Of a stretch of 64,000 nt of DNA, positions 37,336 through 49,197 are shown in pieces. The stretch covers positions 48,725 to 112,724 of the forward strand of contig CDMY01000342.1 of assembly GCA_001179505.1 (NCBI GenBank), read 5' to 3'. This DNA is from Vitrella brassicaformis CCMP3155 (taxonomy: Eukaryota > Protista > Chromerida). The first letter of the stretch is position 1. Each line of letters opens with the position of its first letter. The notes under the pieces were generated by a model. It saw nothing but the letters and a program-made list of their open reading frames with translations. It was not told the DNA's origin and searched no databases. The position numbers and the translations under genes were made by a program.

Positions 37336-37441
37336 AGTGGGCGGAGTGGGGCAGGAGGGAGGAGGCAGGGATGGACACGGGGGAGGACGCAGGGCTGGGG
37401 CGGCACTACAAGGGGCGGGTAGGGCATGCGCAGGGGCGGTG

Positions 37442-37741
37442 NNNNNNNNNNNNNNNNNNNNNNNNNNNNNNNNNNNNNNNNNNNNNNNNNNNNNNNNNNN
37501 NNNNNNNNNNNNNNNNNNNNNNNNNNNNNNNNNNNNNNNNNNNNNNNNNNNNNNNNNNNNNNNNNNNNNNNNNNNNNNNNNNNNNNNNNNNNNNNNNNNN
37601 NNNNNNNNNNNNNNNNNNNNNNNNNNNNNNNNNNNNNNNNNNNNNNNNNNNNNNNNNNNNNNNNNNNNNNNNNNNNNNNNNNNNNNNNNNNNNNNNNNNN
37701 NNNNNNNNNNNNNNNNNNNNNNNNNNNNNNNNNNNNNNNNN
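37442..37741. other. Assembly gap (300 N)
   Basis: Run of N. Confidence 1.
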
Positions 37742-37815
37742 GGGAAGGGGCGGGTGGGGTCTGGGAGGCGGCGGGGGTGGAGGGGGCAGGTGTATTCGGA
37801 TGGCGGGGAGGTGCT

Positions 37816-39636
37816 TTACCAGCTCTGCATCCACACACCGTACACGGAACATGCATGACACGTCAATAACCATGTGTGCTGCTCACGATGTGTGGGGGGC
37901 TGCGGCGCCTGGGCGACCGTCTCTTCCTTCACCAACCGCAGCTGATGCTGTGGCGGTGGTGGTGAGGGCGGCGGGGTGGGGAGGTGTGTCCCCCGCAGCC
38001 AGGGGTGCGCCAGAATCTGCACATACACGCATCCAGGAGGGCGCCACACAGGCGATTGAGACACAAAGGTCATAGACATATCTATACCGTATACCTCGGC
38101 GCTCGTCATCTGGCCCCTCGAAATATGGTCGAAGAGGTCCTGCAGCTCGGGTGACGGCTGCATCAATCAAACACACAGGATCAGAATGACAGTCAGGCAC
38201 TGTGTCTTATCATCTCTGTTGCTGCGTACCGACACATTCGGCTTCAGCAGCCCCTGGAGCATCCTTCCTGCGTGTGAGAAGGAGATAGACCAGAGAAGGA
38301 GGCTGACTTTGCAGGTCGTCTCGTCTCTCTTCCTGCTGGGTTGCCTGCCTATCAGACGTACCTGCCTTCTCCACGTCCTCCCTCGCCCCGCTGCGGCCCT
38401 GCACACATGCGCCAGAAAGACAAACAACTGGTCGACTTGGTTGATCCTGATCGAGGGAGTGGCTGGTGAACTTACGGCATTGTCATAGTCGATCATATCA
38501 AGGTCAATCATCTTGACGGCGCCACAGGGGAACACCATGAAATTGTCCGGCTGCACACATCACATGACACAAAGGCGTAGACAGAGCTATGTAGTCGGTG
38601 CTTAAGTGGTGGGAGGCTAACTCATTCAATCAATGTACCTTCACGTCGTAGTAGTGCACTCCCTTCCCATGGAGGTAGGCCAAGGCAGTGAACACCCCCT
38701 TCATGTATGTCTTGGCGGCCTCCTCACCCAGTGGCTCACACGCCGACAGTGTCTTGCCTGATAAACAAAGACAAGCAGTCAGTTCGCCTGATTTGACTTG
38801 CCTGTCTTGCCTTCCTGTGTTGGGCTCACCGTCTATGTGCTCCATGATCGTGACGGTCCTGCCGCTGGTGGTGAACGAGTCATAGTATCGGCAGATCTGC
38901 GGGCAGCGGCTGAGGCCCTCTGTGGTGTATATAGTGTGTGTGGGTGTGTAGCGGGGCTGCACATACACACACAGGCAACCATATAGACAGACAGACAGAC
39001 GGATCATGTCGTGTGCGCATACACACGCTTTCTTGTCGTGTTTGTGTGTTGCTTTTACCCCTCCCAGTGAGAAGTCCCTCGAAAAGACCTTAATCATGTA
39101 CCGCCCCGACCTCCACAGATGTGCCTGCCCACCCATCCTGCCCCTGCCCTCGACAATGAGCCCGTACTGGTGCTCCACCGCCGCCTGCGCACAAGACATC
39201 ATACAGGTAGAGGGACGGAGTTCTGGTCCGTCATTTCTTCACTGCAGTGGACTGACCTTGGCTGCCTCGAACTCTCTGTGCCCCTCCCACTTCTGCCAAC
39301 GGGCAATAGACACGCAGGAACGACAAATTCACACGTCTGGTCCCCATACACCGACAGCCTATTGCCCTGCGTCTCGGCCGTCCCTTTCCCCTGATCTCTT
39401 TTCCTGCCTTCGTCAGATTTAACTGTTCTCACCTGCTGCAGTGCGCCTTCCCGTCTTCGCTTCTCGAGCCGCTCGGCTATCTGCTCCTCCGACAGCCCCC
39501 CGTCGGCCATCCACTTGCGGCTCTTCCGCTCCGCTGCTGCGTGGTCCGCCTCCGTTGGCCCTCCTGGCCTCAAATGAGGATAAGCCGCCAGGTCCAGCCG
39601 CACGGGCGCAAACGTCCTCTGAATGACGCCTCTCAT
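37816..39636 (-). CDS. Divergent miniaturised protein kinase-like protein, copy A (apparently intact)
   Basis: In-phase exons: MRGVIQRT...RPGGPTE...|KWEG..EAAK|AAVEHQYGLIVEGRGRMGGQAHLWRSGRYMIKVF|..CPQICRYYDSF..TIMEHID|GKTL..VFTALAYLHGKGVHYYDVK|PDNFMV..VKMIDLDMIDYDNA|GRSGAREDVEKA|GRMLQGLL..|PSPELQDLFDHI..TSAE|ILAHPWL. Confidence 0.8.
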
Positions 39637-39766
39637 CGGGGGAGAGACTGAGACTGAGACACCACATGGGCCCCCAAGCTCGCAGGATGCTCCGTGAAAC
39701 CGGAACGGGTTTCTGAGCAGCTGAGCTGAGGGCGGCATGAGGCCGCCGTGCCCCTCTCAGGGCTCC

Positions 39767-41628
39767 ATGAAGCGGGCCCTCCCTTCTGAGACCATCGCGG
39801 AGGGTCTGCCGCGCTTATTCTACCTGTCGGTGATGACATCGGACGCCGCCATAGTGGAGAGGAGCAAGAACGAACTGCGCGAGGTGGGTGGGCAGGGAGG
39901 AAGGCCGAGAAAGGGCCGACTCAGAGGCGTGTGATGCATGACGGAACTGGGGTCTTATTGGTGTTGTGTGTTGTGTGTCGTGTGTCTGACGCCAGAAGCT
40001 GAGCGCGTACGATGCGACGGTTCAGTCGCCTGTGCAGTTGAACCGCACCGTGCCCGAAGAGGGGAAGGACGACGTGCACACCTTCTTTATCGCCGTCGAG
40101 GACGCCGTGGACGAGGAAGCCGTGAGGAAAATCTTCATGGAGATGGAGAGTGAGGACGGACCACTGATGGAGCTCGCCCCCCTCGTACGCCACCGCACAC
40201 ACGACGTTGCAGAGCTGACGGACGGACCTCTGGCTGTTGTGTTTGTCTGTCAGTTGCTGGGCACCCTGTCGCACATCAACACGAAGAAGAAGACAGCGGT
40301 AGGTGGACGTGGCCATTTTGTCCTCCATGTGATTGTCTTTCACGTGTCGTGTGTATGCAGTCGACATCCATGTCAAACGAGACGCGCACGCCGTTTTCCG
40401 GATCAACAATGATGGTGTGTAAGCGCATTACTCAACAACGTCTGGACCGATACACATATACATGTGCAATCTCTTTGCGTGTGGTGTGTGCATCTGTTGG
40501 CTCCTCAGACTATGAGCCAGCCTCCCATGACGAACCCTGCGGTGAGTGAAATGGGTGGGAATGCATCGTATGGTGGCGTCATCGACCCATCCATTCCCTT
40601 CTCTGTGTACCCTCAGATCGTGAGTAGCAGTGTCAACCCGCCTGTGGTAGCACATGGCCCGTGCATCTCGACTGCATTCGATGGCTGGTCTGTTTGTGCG
40701 CTCGACTTTCGTCTCCTTCAGGGTGGTGGTGGTGGTGGTGGTGCTGGTGGTGGTGGCGTGTCGTCTTCATCTGGCTACGCGGCTGCTGCTGCGGCGGTGA
40801 GTATGGTTGCTCTCGACAATGCGGATTTGATGGGGATGTGTGATGGTTGCTTCAGGCGGCTGCTGCGGCGTCGCAGACCAACACGATAGCTCAGGTGGGT
40901 CCACTGCAGACATACACGAGTGGGTGGAAGGGCAGACCCATATGTGTATTGTCGTGTCATGTGGGATCATGTGCAGGCGCCCCAAGGGCCCCATGTATTA
41001 GCGACTCCTGTAGCTCAGCGACCCCACGTACATACACGAAATGGATCAAACAACGCACAGACACCCACCCACACAGTGCAATCAATCTGCATTCGGTGTG
41101 TGTTTCAGTCGGTGTATCAGATGGTGGGCGGAGGCGTTCCGATGGCTGGCGGCGGCATGCCCATGGCTGGTGGCCAGGTACGACCGTGAGATACTGACGT
41201 ACATGTACCTGAGCGCCCGTCTGCATTGTTGTGTGTGTGTGTGTGGTGATGGTTCATTGTGGTGTGTTTGTTTTAGCCGGTACATCCGACGGTGGGTGGC
41301 GGCGCCCCCTACCAGTATCAGTCGTTCGTTCCTGTGAGCCAAGAGGGACGGGGGAGGGCGGGGGTGGGGCGTGTATGACTGTCTGTTGTTTGCGTGTCCA
41401 TGTGTGTCAGGTGGCGGGCCCCCCGCCTGTACTGCATCCCTACAACTACGGCAACGTTCAGCACTACCACCCACAGATGTATCCGGGTAAGCAGACTGAC
41501 GGACAAATGATTCGGCGACACACGCGCCACAATGTTTCGTCGCCGTCTCTGTTATTGTGTGTGCAGGCGGGGGCTACCTGCCGCCGAGCAACTACCCGCC
41601 ATGGGGCAACTACAATCGCGGCCCCTGA
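39767..41628 (+). CDS. Hypothetical protein 'X': ~100-aa globular N-terminal domain + Gly/Pro/Tyr/Ala low-complexity tail, 13 exons
   Basis: All 12 introns are GT-AG and the frame is open from MKRALPSET to GGGYLPPSNYPPWGNYNRGP*. The N-terminal domain is conserved in the copy at 42.6-43.2 kb. Confidence 0.7.
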
Positions 41629-42634
41629 CGGAAAACAACACCACACACACACGTGAGCAAAGAGGGTGAAAGGGAGAGGGCCTCTTCTGTGAGTACATGT
41701 CCTGCGTGCGTGTCTGTGTGTGGTGCAGAGTTGACCGACATTGTACAGATTGGTCATAGAATCCCCCGGCCCTGACGCTGCGGCGGCTTCTCTGACGATA
41801 AACAACCATTACGTAAGTACGCTAGCTGCACACCACAGCCACAGCCGCGCACACGGACTCACGGCTGACCCCCTCTCCCTTTGTCGTGCCGGGGTGTGTG
41901 TGTGTGCAGATTTCCGGCCGGTAGTGGTAGTGCATGTGTGTGGGAGAATGATAGCTAGGATGGCCCTACGCAAGACGACCAACCGCACCACGACAATCAA
42001 TGCGGCCGTGGACGGCTGGCTGCCCCCTTATTTCTTTCTTTGGTCTTCTCCGGAGTGCCTGCCCGTCTCTATTGTTTTGTTGTGTGATTATGTGTGGTGT
42101 CTGCGTGGCCTGCTGTGTGTGTTTTGGGCCGCCTGGGGTTCGTGTGCAGTAGAGCAATGGATACCAATGGATGCGGACCGCCATGGAAAGGAATGAATGC
42201 TGCTTCATGAAAGACAGAAGGGGGGAGGGGTGACGGTGCGAAGATTCAACGAGGTACATGCATTGCAGCTCAGGAAGTACCAAGCAGCAGACCCTGCTGC
42301 CTTGAAATGTCCCTAACGTAGCGAATTCGTTGAGCCACGCACAAGAACGCATGGCGGCGCTTCAACGCGTTATGCCATTCCTGCAATGCAGTGATGGCAA
42401 GACACCACAGACTGATTTACACAATGCTTTGTTTGTCGAAGTACACCCGCTGTCGGTGCTTCGCCACGCGAGAATGCGCCAAAAGAATGCGGCGAGAATT
42501 CGAGACAGAGACAACCAACGCGCAAACTCTGATTTTCGATTCTGAGGTCATCTCTCGCAATTCCCGCTCGCTTTTCGGTACTTTTCCAGCCACAGATCCT
42601 CCAATTCTTTTCCTTTTTGCTCGGCTGTTGGCTT

Positions 42635-44791
42635 ATGTGGTCCGCCCTATCTCCCTCTACCGCTCATGAAGGTGCCGTGCCTCCCCTGGGCGCTGCAGGC
42701 CCTTCCAAGAGCATCACAGCCTGTCTGCCGGAAAGGAACTTCTTCATGACATTGTCGGTCATGACGAACGATGAGAGCGAGGTCAAGAGGATCAAAGATG
42801 AGCTGCATCAGGTGGGCAGGGAGCAGGGGAGGGAGCAGAACGGAGGGATGCACTCATGTGATGACGAAACAGAGGATGCGTTGGTGGTGGTGTGTGTTGT
42901 GCCCTTGACGAGCCAGAAACTGGCCCTGTGCAACACGGTGGTGCTCTCGCCACAGCTGGCATCTCGGGCGGTGCCGGGAGAGGGCAATCAGGAGGTGTAC
43001 ACCTTCATCATCTTAGCCAAGAACCAACGGACGCCAAGATCGTAGAGGCCTTCTACATGTCGCAGCAGAGCGACAGCGGACCGATGATGGAGCTGATTCA
43101 ATATGTAGGTCATCCCTAGACCAGAGAGAGGGGGAAGAGGCTGACCAACCTCTGGTTGTGTGGCTTCCTTCTCTTGTCAGGGCCGGCTGCACATGCCGCA
43201 CATCAACACAAACGCGGCGAAGAGAATGAGGAGCAGACCGCGGAGAACTTCTATGGCCGGTGGCGCTAGATTATAGTGCCTATCCGGCACTGAGGCCGGG
43301 AGGGCCGACGGAGGAGGAGTTCAAGGCGGACGACCAGGAGACGCGGCAGTGGTTGCGGGGGTACGGCCGACCAGAGGCGGAGATAGCCGAGAAGATAGCG
43401 GCACAGAGGCGGGGAGGCGCACTTGAGGAGGTGAGAACGGGAGTCGGGATGAGGCGGCAGACCAGGGGCGTGCCACTGCACTGGGAGGGAAAGAGGCTGT
43501 CAGTTCGTGTGTGGGGGCACACGTCTGTGGTGCTGTCCTGTGGCTGTCTGCATTCATCTGTGAGCAGGAAAGGCGGCGGGGGCGACCTCTGGAGGCGGCC
43601 AAGGTGAATACACTGCAGTACATGTAGTGAAGAAATGACGGGCAAGAATTCCATCCCCTGCCTGCATGGCGTCGGTGTCTTGTGCAGGCGGCGGTGGAGC
43701 ATCAATACGGCCTGAGGGTCAACAACGGCTCCACAGGGCCCGGGGGGGCTCAGGCGACGCTGTGGAAGTCGGGCCAGTATATGATCAAGATCCTCGAGGA
43801 TGAGTTCTCGAGAGGAGGCGTAAGAGCAACGCACACAACAGACGACAGCAGACGAGATCGATGCCACTCTCTGTCTCTCTGTCTCTCTGTCTGTCTTTGT
43901 GCAGCCACACTATACGCCCACACACATTATCTACACGGCCGAGGGCCTCAGTCGGTGCCCCCAGATCTGCCATTACTACGATTCCTTTACCATAGAGGGG
44001 CGCACCGTCATGATAATGGAATACATCGACGGTGAGTCCGACAAAGTGAGGCAGGCAGAGCGGTCACTCAAGTGCAAAGAGGAAGGTGGACAGACAACTG
44101 TTTGTTTGGCTTCTCAATCCTTCAGGGAAAAGAATGATTTTCGAGGGATGGAAGAGGCGGCGGCCAAGGTGTACTTCATGGGGGTGTTCACTGCGCTAGG
44201 GTATCTGCATGCGAGGGGCGTCTACTACTACGATGTGAAGGTGCGTTGCTTGATGCAATCAACTTATTCAGCCATCCATCTGTCTGTGTAATGTGATGTG
44301 TGCAGGGGAATAACTTCATGGTGTGTGCAGGGGGCGGTTAAGATGATTGACTTAGACATGATTTGCTATGATGATGCCGTAAGCTCATCAGCCACGCACT
44401 CACTCACTCAGCGTCAGTCAATAAGTCGACAAGTCTTTTGTCCTTATGTGTGTAGGCCCGCACCGGTGCCGCTGAGGACATACAGAAGGAGGGTACGTCT
44501 GATAAGCACTCTAGTCACAGAGGAAGAGACGACCCGCATACTCAATGGGCTCATGTGTGTCTCTTTGTTTCTCTCACACACAGGAGAAGGAGACATGCTT
44601 AGGGACCTGCTGGGGCCGCAACACTTGGTACGTGGCGGATCGCAGCAGAGAGACGCGACACAGTGCGTGCGATTTATTCTGATGCTTGTGTCCCACGCTT
44701 TGTCTGATTGGTGCAGCCCTCGACACAGCCCTCGACAGAGCTGCAGGACCTGTTGGACCGTATCTCGAGGGGACATATCACATGCGCGGAG
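42635..44791 (+). pseudogene. Decayed X-domain::kinase fusion, copy B
   Basis: Three X-domain exons (LSVMT, VPGEG..YTFII, HINT) run into MRSRPRRT..ALDYSAYPALRPGGPT and kinase exons homologous to copy A. Frameshifts at ~43020, ~43255 and ~44325; the final ILAHPW exon was not found. Confidence 0.7.
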
Positions 44792-44948
44792 GTAAGTGGT
44801 ACTAATATGTCTATGGCCTCTGTGTGTGACGAGGGACGCGTGACAGACAGACAGACAGACAGATACGAGGGATGGTGAGCCCAGCACAGTGAGGCAGGAC
44901 GGGCAGGTGAAATGAGGCAAAGTGACTGAAAGCTATCCCTTTCACTCA

Positions 44949-45188
44949 GGCAAGACGCTCCGCGTGTGAGCCGCTGGGCGAGGAGGCTGCCAAGATATGC
45001 ATGGAGGGGTCTTACGGCACTGGGCTACCTGCACGAGAGGGGAGTCTGCCATTATGACGTAAAGGTATAGTGATTGAGCGAGTGATGCGACCCAGAACTT
45101 ACCCACCGACTACATAGCTCTGTCTACGCGTTTGTGTGATGTGATGTGTGCAGGACGACAACTTCATGATCCCGTGCGGCGCCGTCAA
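44949..45188 (+). pseudogene. Two-exon kinase fragment, copy C
   Basis: Frameshifted GKTL.ACEPLGEEAAK..TALGYLHERGVCHYDVK|DDNFMIPCGAVK, cut off at a repeat edge. Confidence 0.7.
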
Positions 45189-46526
45189 GAGTGTAGAGCG
45201 CTGGTGGGGGCAATCTTGTCCTCACCGGCAATCGCTGACTACATTTTATATCTTGCGGGCTGTTCGCTCCATGTCTCCGCCTGTGGAGCTTGCCCGTGCC
45301 TGCTCTCATGCCCGCAATGCTGTCGCCCCAGCCTTCTGTCTTCCTCACAATTGCACCCTGGTAAGCGGCCCAATTCTCTCAGTGTCCCTGACCTTTGCGT
45401 TGAAACGTAGCTGTGGGCGCAGCGATCGTGAGATTGTGCGGCCTACCTGCCGCCGAGCAACTACCCGCCATGGGGCAACTACCTGCCAGGGGGCGCCTTC
45501 AATCGCGGCCCCTGACCACACACGACACACCACACACACACGTGAGCAAAGAGGGTGAAAGGGAGAGGGCCTCTTCTGTGTGAACATGTCCTGTGTGCGT
45601 GTCTGTGGTGCAGGTTGACCGACTTGTACAGGTTGGTCAGAGAACCCCCCCGTCCCTGACGCGGCGGCGGCTTCTCTGACGATAGACTATCATTACGTAC
45701 GGACGCGAGCTGCACACCACAGCCACAGCCGCACACACACATACACACACACACGGCTGACTCCCCCTCTCCCTTTGTCGTGCCGGTGTGTGTGTGTATG
45801 CAGATTTCCGGCCGGTAGCTAGTGGTAGTGCATCTGTGTGGGAGAATGATGGGATGGCCCTACGCACCAAGACAATCAATCGCGTGTACGGCTGCCTGCC
45901 CGTTTCTATTGTTTTGCTGTGTAATGTGCGGTGTCTGAGCGGCCTGCTGTGAGTGGTTTGGGATGTCTGGGTGTGCGGGGCGTGGAGGGGTCAACATGGA
46001 TGGATGGATGGATGAAAAGCTACCGCAGGAAAGCGTGGGCACGCACCAGCCAGACAGAAAGCGAATGAAGATAGGATGGGGTGTGGCTGCATCTCTCTCT
46101 CTCGAGTGTCCGTCTGGCTTTCTTTCCGTTTCTGGGTTGTTTTGGCTGTCTGTCTGTATGGTCTGTCTGTCTGTCTGTCTGTGCGACCTACTGCGTGTGT
46201 TTTGGGCTGCGTGGGGGTCGTGTGCAGTTAAGGAATGGATACGAATGGATGCGAATCGCCATCCGTCTTTATCGGCCCAGCCTTCCGTCATCATCTTTGA
46301 CGTGCCTGCATGCCTGCCGTCACCTGCCTGCCGTTCCGTCTGCTTGCGTGGGAGCAAGAGTGTAGAGCGCTGGTGGGGACGATCTTGTCCACCATCAGCG
46401 ATCGCTGACTACATTTTATATTTGGCGGGCTTTTTTATCATGGAGCTTGCTCGTGCCTGCTCTCATGCCTGCAATGCTGCCGTCACAGCCTGCCGTCTTA
46501 CCACCTCACAATTGCACCCTGGTAAG
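45186..46526. repeat. Direct repeats (45186-45365 and 46355-46526) flanking a copy of the X-gene last exon and 3' flank (~41565-42190 similar to ~45440-46260)
   Basis: caagagtgtagagcgctggtgggg...cacaattgcaccctggtaag occurs twice; the interior contains gctacctgccgccgagcaactacccgccatggggcaactac. Confidence 0.85.
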
Positions 46527-47148
46527 AAGGTGCGTGCTGTGCACACACCACGGGCGTGTTGTGTGTGTCATTGCGTGCATGTGTGTGTCGCTGTCAGGCC
46601 GTTGGTGTCTCTCCGAATGCGGCAGCATCGGAAGAGCATCGCAGACGCCAACATCGTACTCAAAGTCAATCTGGGGGTGATGAAGGACAAGCTGGGCTCC
46701 GATTTCGTGCACCAGTCGTGTCGATGATAGTCAGCCAGACGAGTGTGCAGCAGCAGCCGCAAGTGGGGCGAGCAGGCTGTTCCGCATTGACAGCGGTGAG
46801 TGAGTCACTCAGTCACAGATTGGGCTCATGACTCAGACGTGCCAATCCTCCGAGCGTCTCTTGTCAGGGCTGTCAAGGACCATCGAGTTGGCTCGTATCG
46901 GTGCCTACATTTTATATCTGTTGGTCACTTTGCAATCATATCCAGGACACGTGCAGGAGTGTCTGTCGTGCGTCTGTCACGTTGTTCATGAGACAAGTAG
47001 AGACAAGCAGACAGACTGACACGAAGTAGCTCTATTCACTGTATATGTCATAACTGCGGCACAGAAAAGAACTGGTCATGTCCCTTTATTTCGGCCGGCC
47101 GGGGCCTTAATTTCAGCACCAGCGCCGGGATCAGATCCTCTGCATTCG

Positions 47149-48650
47149 ATGAGTTGTCCCTACGTAGCTGACTGGCGGCCGATTCGAGTCATCGCCAAGG
47201 GCCTCGACGACCAGGGCAGAGGCGGCGCGTCCTTCAGGCTGCACACAGATGGAGCACAAGGCGTCCTCATCGCCGGCGCCAACAGACATCACACATTCGC
47301 GGACGTGTGTGAGGTCAAAATCGCGAGAAAAGAGGACGGCCGGGTGGCCTCCATGACGATGGATCAGCGTGCCGATGCGGTGCCTCGTGCACACTCGGGT
47401 GCTGCGTCTGGCAGTGTCGGAGGGAGTGTTTATGTCCACGGAGGCCAGAACTTCTTCACCGAGGACGTATACGACCATCTCTACCGCTACACATACGGTC
47501 AGTCAGCAGCATGTGACGAAATGTGTGTTGATGCATCCATGGATCTGTGTGGATGCTTTCTCATGTCAGGCAGCGGGAAGTTGGAGCTCGTTGAGGCGTC
47601 AGGTGACATCCCCGAGGGCCGCAACTCCCACGCTGCAGCCGTCCTGATGGATCGCTATGTGGTCATCATGGGCGGGGCCGACCAATCGGGGCCTCGAAAC
47701 GACGTATTCGTGCTCGACACAGGTACGAAGCCATATGCGGTGTCCATCGAAAAAGACTCCTTTTCATTGTGCCGCGTTTTCTGGTTGTCAGTGAGTCTCC
47801 GGTGGACCCGCGTGAGCCCAACCGTGAGGCCCTCGCGGTCCGGACCGGCAGGCTCCTCGCATCTCCCGGCTGCCCGAGAGATGCACACACTGACGGCCCT
47901 GCCCACACACGCATCGGCAGGGAGCACCGGCGGGGCCTTGCTGGTGGGCGGCCGCATTGACGGCGGCATTAGCGATGAGGTGTGGCACCTGGGGATCACT
48001 GTAGAGGGAGGGGAGGAGGGGGAGGGGGCGGCCATCAGTGGCGAGTGGACGTATGTGGATAAGACGCCGTTCGCGAGGTGCGCTCACACTGCCAATGTAA
48101 GCGAGCCTAACACCGGAACACGAGAACAGACACATGACATGGCGTGCCGTTTGTGGTTGACGTCGGTCAGATGCTCGCCCCTCTGAGCCCGTCGTCCCCC
48201 CATCTGTTAGTGGTGTTTGGAGGCATGGACGCTGCACACGGCTTCACAAACGACCTGTGGATCGCCGAGGCAAGCGTCAAGCCAACAGGAGCGGCCCTGC
48301 CCCCCGTCACCCTGACCTGGCACAACATCCCTTCCCCATCGCAGCAGCCGGGCAGTTCCTTCTCATCATCGCGGCTGGTGGGCCCCGCTGCGCCGCTGAA
48401 GGCTCCGTGCGCCCGTTTCGGGCATGTGAGTGACGTGTTGTGTGGCGGGGAGGGCTTGGGTGTGCAGCAGGTGGTGGTGTATGGGGGCGCTAGTGAGGAG
48501 AGGGAGCTGTGTGATGCGTGGGGCCTCACCGTGGCCAAGAGGGTGGAAGAGGCAGAAGAGGGTGATTGTGATGCATGCGAGCCAAAGAAAGAGAAAGAGG
48601 AGCAGGGAGGGGGAGGGAGCAGGGCGGGAGGGGGAGGAGAGGCCCAGTGA
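47149..48650 (+). CDS. Kelch-repeat beta-propeller protein
   Basis: Repeated kelch units: PRAHSGAA..VYVHGG, GRNSHAAAV..VVIMGG..RNDVFVLDT, AREMHT..LLVGG..DEVW, ARCAHT..VVFGG..NDLW, ARFGH..VVYGG..DAW. Confidence 0.92.
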
Positions 48651-49197
48651 GTGACCTAAGTTGGATAGATATCTACTGCCTCTGTTGGTTGTGCATACAG
48701 CTGACGTGGGCGGAGTGCTGCCTTGATGCACGAATAAAGATGTTGTGTGTTGGATGTATTCCGCAAACGAACGTACATGTCAATATATCGATCGGTTCCT
48801 GCCTTCAAGTCCATGAAAGACTGACTGACTGACTGACTGACTGTGAGTCGAAATGCCCTGCCCGTCACTGAAATGAATCGTCTGAATATCTAAATGACCC
48901 CTCCCTCCCTCCCTCCCTCCCTCCCTCCCGCGTTCCACCTGATCGCCCAATACGTAAAGTACACCCAAACGTTTGCGACCCACAGACACAGACACAGTAC
49001 ATCATCACCCGCACTCTCACTCTCACACGAATACATGGACACGTTCGAATTCATTCATATGTCCAAAAGTCACTTCAAACACACCTACAAAAACCTGACG
49101 CAAACGACGAATCCCTACATGTAATGAATGTACCCAACAGCAGGCGGCAGCAGGCAGGCAGGCAGGCAGGCAGGGAGATATATATGCCGCCAGCTAT

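Noticed and set aside
26126-38075. Very long ORFs in the track (1014 aa, 482 aa, 399 aa, 355 aa, 311 aa and others) as single proteins
   Set aside because: They read through N-gaps or introns, or are antisense shadows of GC-rich Raptor exons.
45186-46526. Autonomous LTR retrotransposon
   Set aside because: No gag/RT/integrase, no clear TSD or PPT, and the TGGTA after the repeat is present in both copies and reads better as a splice donor.
46568-46727. Exon-like PLVSLRMRQHRKSIADANIVLKVNLGVMKDKLGSDF segment
   Set aside because: The phase does not join convincingly to the upstream donor, and there is no start or recognisable family.
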